DNA of 64,000 nucleotides from Longimicrobiales bacterium (GTDB lineage Bacteria; Gemmatimonadota; Gemmatimonadetes; Longimicrobiales; Gaopeijiaceae): NCBI GenBank assembly GCA_035477395.1, contig DATIKQ010000033.1, positions 5,862 to 69,861 of the forward strand, read 5' to 3'. Shown piece by piece: positions 62,655 to 64,000 of this stretch (position 1 is its first letter; each line of letters starts with the position of its first letter). The notes under the pieces were generated by a model. It saw only the letters and a program-made list of their open reading frames with translations, ran no database searches and was not told where the DNA came from. The position numbers and the translations under genes were made by a program.

Positions 62655-63391
62655 AGAGCGAGCCGGGACCCGTCTTCCTGTCCGAACCCTCGGACCGGTT
62701 CCACCTGGCCATCATCATGGACGGCAACGGCCGCTGGGCCACGGCCCGGGGGCGACCCCGCGAGCTGGGACACCGGCAGGGGGCGCTGGCCGTCCGGAGG
62801 GTGGTGGAAGCGGCACCCGGAGCGGGGGTCGGGCTCCTGACCTTGTACGCGTTCTCGTCCGACAACTGGAAGAGGCCGGCCCGGGAAGTCCGGGCCCTGA
62901 TGTCGCTCTTCCGCCGCTACCTGCGCTCCGAAGCCTCGGAGCTGCGGGACCAGGGCGTCCGCCTCCAGGTCATCGGCCGGCGTGACCGGCTCCCGCGCAC
63001 CGTCGTCAGCGCCATCGAGGAGGCGGAAGCGACCACAGCCGGCGGAGCGCGCCTCCTCCTGCGGCTCGCGGTGGACTACTCGTCCCGGCAGGCCGTGCTC
63101 GAGGCGGCTCGCAGGTGCGCCGTGTCCGGCGGCGTGGACCCGGCACGCTTCGCCATCGCGTTGTCGGAAGCCATCCACGGCAGCACGGACGGAGCCCCGG
63201 ATGTGGATCTCATGATCCGCACCGGCGGGGAGCAGCGCCTCAGCGACTTCCTCTTGTGGGAGTGTGCCTACGCCGAGCTGGTGTTCACCCCGCGCATGTG
63301 GCCCGACTTCTCCGGGGAGGATCTGGAGGCGGCGGTGAGCGAGTTCCGGAGGAGGGATCGGCGCTTCGGCGCGGTAGCGGCGGCCGTCTGA
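62651..63391 (+). CDS. uppS: Isoprenyl transferase (undecaprenyl-diphosphate synthase)
   Basis: [37 protein letters not shown] and ...[10 protein letters not shown]. Confidence 0.95.
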
Positions 63392-63392
63392 C

Positions 63393-63830
63393 ATGCACCT
63401 CCCACCCACCGACCGCCCCGTCGCCACCAGCGTCGTGGAGGTCCGCAGCTACGAGCTCGACTCCTTCGGCCACGCCAACCACGCGGTGTTCCTCAACTGG
63501 CTGGAGTACGGCCGCTTCGCGGCACTGGACCGCGCCGGGTTCCCCTACCATGAGATCGCTGCGCGTGGGTGGGGGATCTACGTGGTGCGCCTCGAGGTGG
63601 ATTACCTGCGGGAAGCCCGTCTCGGCGAGCGCCTCCTCGTGCGCACCTGGGCGGACGGGTACCGGCGCACGTCCATGGTGCTGGCCCAGCAGATCGTCCT
63701 GGAGGACGAGCCGGCCGTCGAGATCGCTCGCGCCCGCGTGACGGCGGTCTGGGTCGGCCCGGACCGGCGGCCGCTGCGCGTCCCCGAGGAGATCCGCCAC
63801 GTCCTCGGCGGAGAGATCGCTTCCCCATGA
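63393..63830 (+). CDS. Acyl-CoA thioesterase (4HBT/YbgC hot-dog fold)
   Basis: VEVRSYELDSFGHANHAVFLNWLEYGRFAAL gives the catalytic Asp context D-x-x-G-H-V/A-x-N. Confidence 0.8.
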   Translation: MHLPPTDRPVATSVVEVRSYELDSFGHANHAVFLNWLEYGRFAALDRAGFPYHEIAARGWGIYVVRLEVDYLREARLGERLLVRTWADGYRRTSMVLAQQIVLEDEPAVEIARARVTAVWVGPDRRPLRVPEEIRHVLGGEIASP

Positions 63831-64000
63831 CGCAGTCTCCCGTCGTGGGGAACGACATCGTGGACCTCGGGGAGCCCAGGACGGAGGGAAAGCACTCCGA
63901 CCCGCGCTTCGTCGCTCGGGTCCTGGGCGAAAACGAGCGCGCCGTGCTCACGCGGGCGGAGGACCCGGCCGTGGCGCTCTGGGCGTTCTGGGCAGCCAAG
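63827..64000 (+). CDS. 4'-phosphopantetheinyl transferase-superfamily protein (partial, runs off window)
   Basis: ATGA overlap with the thioesterase gene. VVGNDIVDL and ...LWAFWAAK resemble the AcpS/PPTase N-terminal motifs. Truncated by the window end. Confidence 0.5.
   Translation, partial: MTQSPVVGNDIVDLGEPRTEGKHSDPRFVARVLGENERAVLTRAEDPAVALWAFWAAK

Overview
This is a gene-dense, high-GC bacterial chromosomal segment, about 68-72% GC on the 60-nt lines I counted by hand. I call roughly 70 CDS and one tRNA-Asn(GTT). I saw no rRNA, CRISPR array, transposase, integrase or phage genes. All calls come from motif and architecture recognition in the supplied translations plus manual reading of start sites. 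No database search was run. Many long ORFs in the track are Arg/Pro/Gly-rich antisense or off-frame shadows typical of high-GC DNA, and I rejected them. The lineage is not determinable here. The abundance of lipoproteins, Tat signals and dockerin-like Ca motifs fits a GC-rich Gram-negative such as Gemmatimonadota, but that is inference only.

Gene content runs in this order:
- End of a lutABC-type operon, then a split ComDE-like TPP decarboxylase.
- Spy-like chaperone, then a lipoprotein with an M6 metalloprotease, then a patatin.
- A complete sufC-sufB-sufD-Rieske-sufS-sufU operon followed by ogt.
- MDR dehydrogenase coupled to a calerythrin-like EF-hand protein.
- hrpB, S51 peptidase, thiolase, peroxiredoxin, DASS transporter, bacilliredoxin.
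- Amidohydrolase, two tandem plug-like lipoproteins, M20 peptidase.
- A ferredoxin / degenerate SpoT-HD / hydrolase / PduO-adenosyltransferase string.
- ccdA with a DsbA-like protein, then a large M14 peptidase.
- MarR, TetR, and an AraC-like gene coupled to a 1131-aa BTAD-AAA-TPR regulator.
- A lower-GC block carrying a membrane HD-GYP enzyme, an unannotated 23-codon micro-ORF and a 243-aa unknown.
- Alkaline-phosphatase-family enzyme, Wza-like exporter, tdk, tRNA-Asn.
- A Tat-SBP-like protein followed by an exported Memo-AMMECR1 fusion.
- A lipid neighbourhood: PlsC, a Tam41-like protein, CDP-alcohol phosphatidyltransferase, GNAT and a methyltransferase in one unit. Nearby are an ADC-like protein, a DAG-kinase-like protein, uppS, a thioesterase and a PPTase.

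The best candidates for something undescribed are:
1. The translationally coupled phospholipid operon built on a Tam41/Mmp37-type (non-CdsA) CDP-DAG synthase, with trailing GNAT and SAM-methyltransferase genes.
2. The unknown / micro-peptide / membrane HD-GYP module, which lies in and beside the compositionally atypical block that begins inside the STAND regulator gene.
3. The Tat-SBP-like protein plus signal-peptide Memo-AMMECR1 fusion, with no radical-SAM partner in the window.
4. The tandem stand-alone TonB-plug-like lipoproteins.
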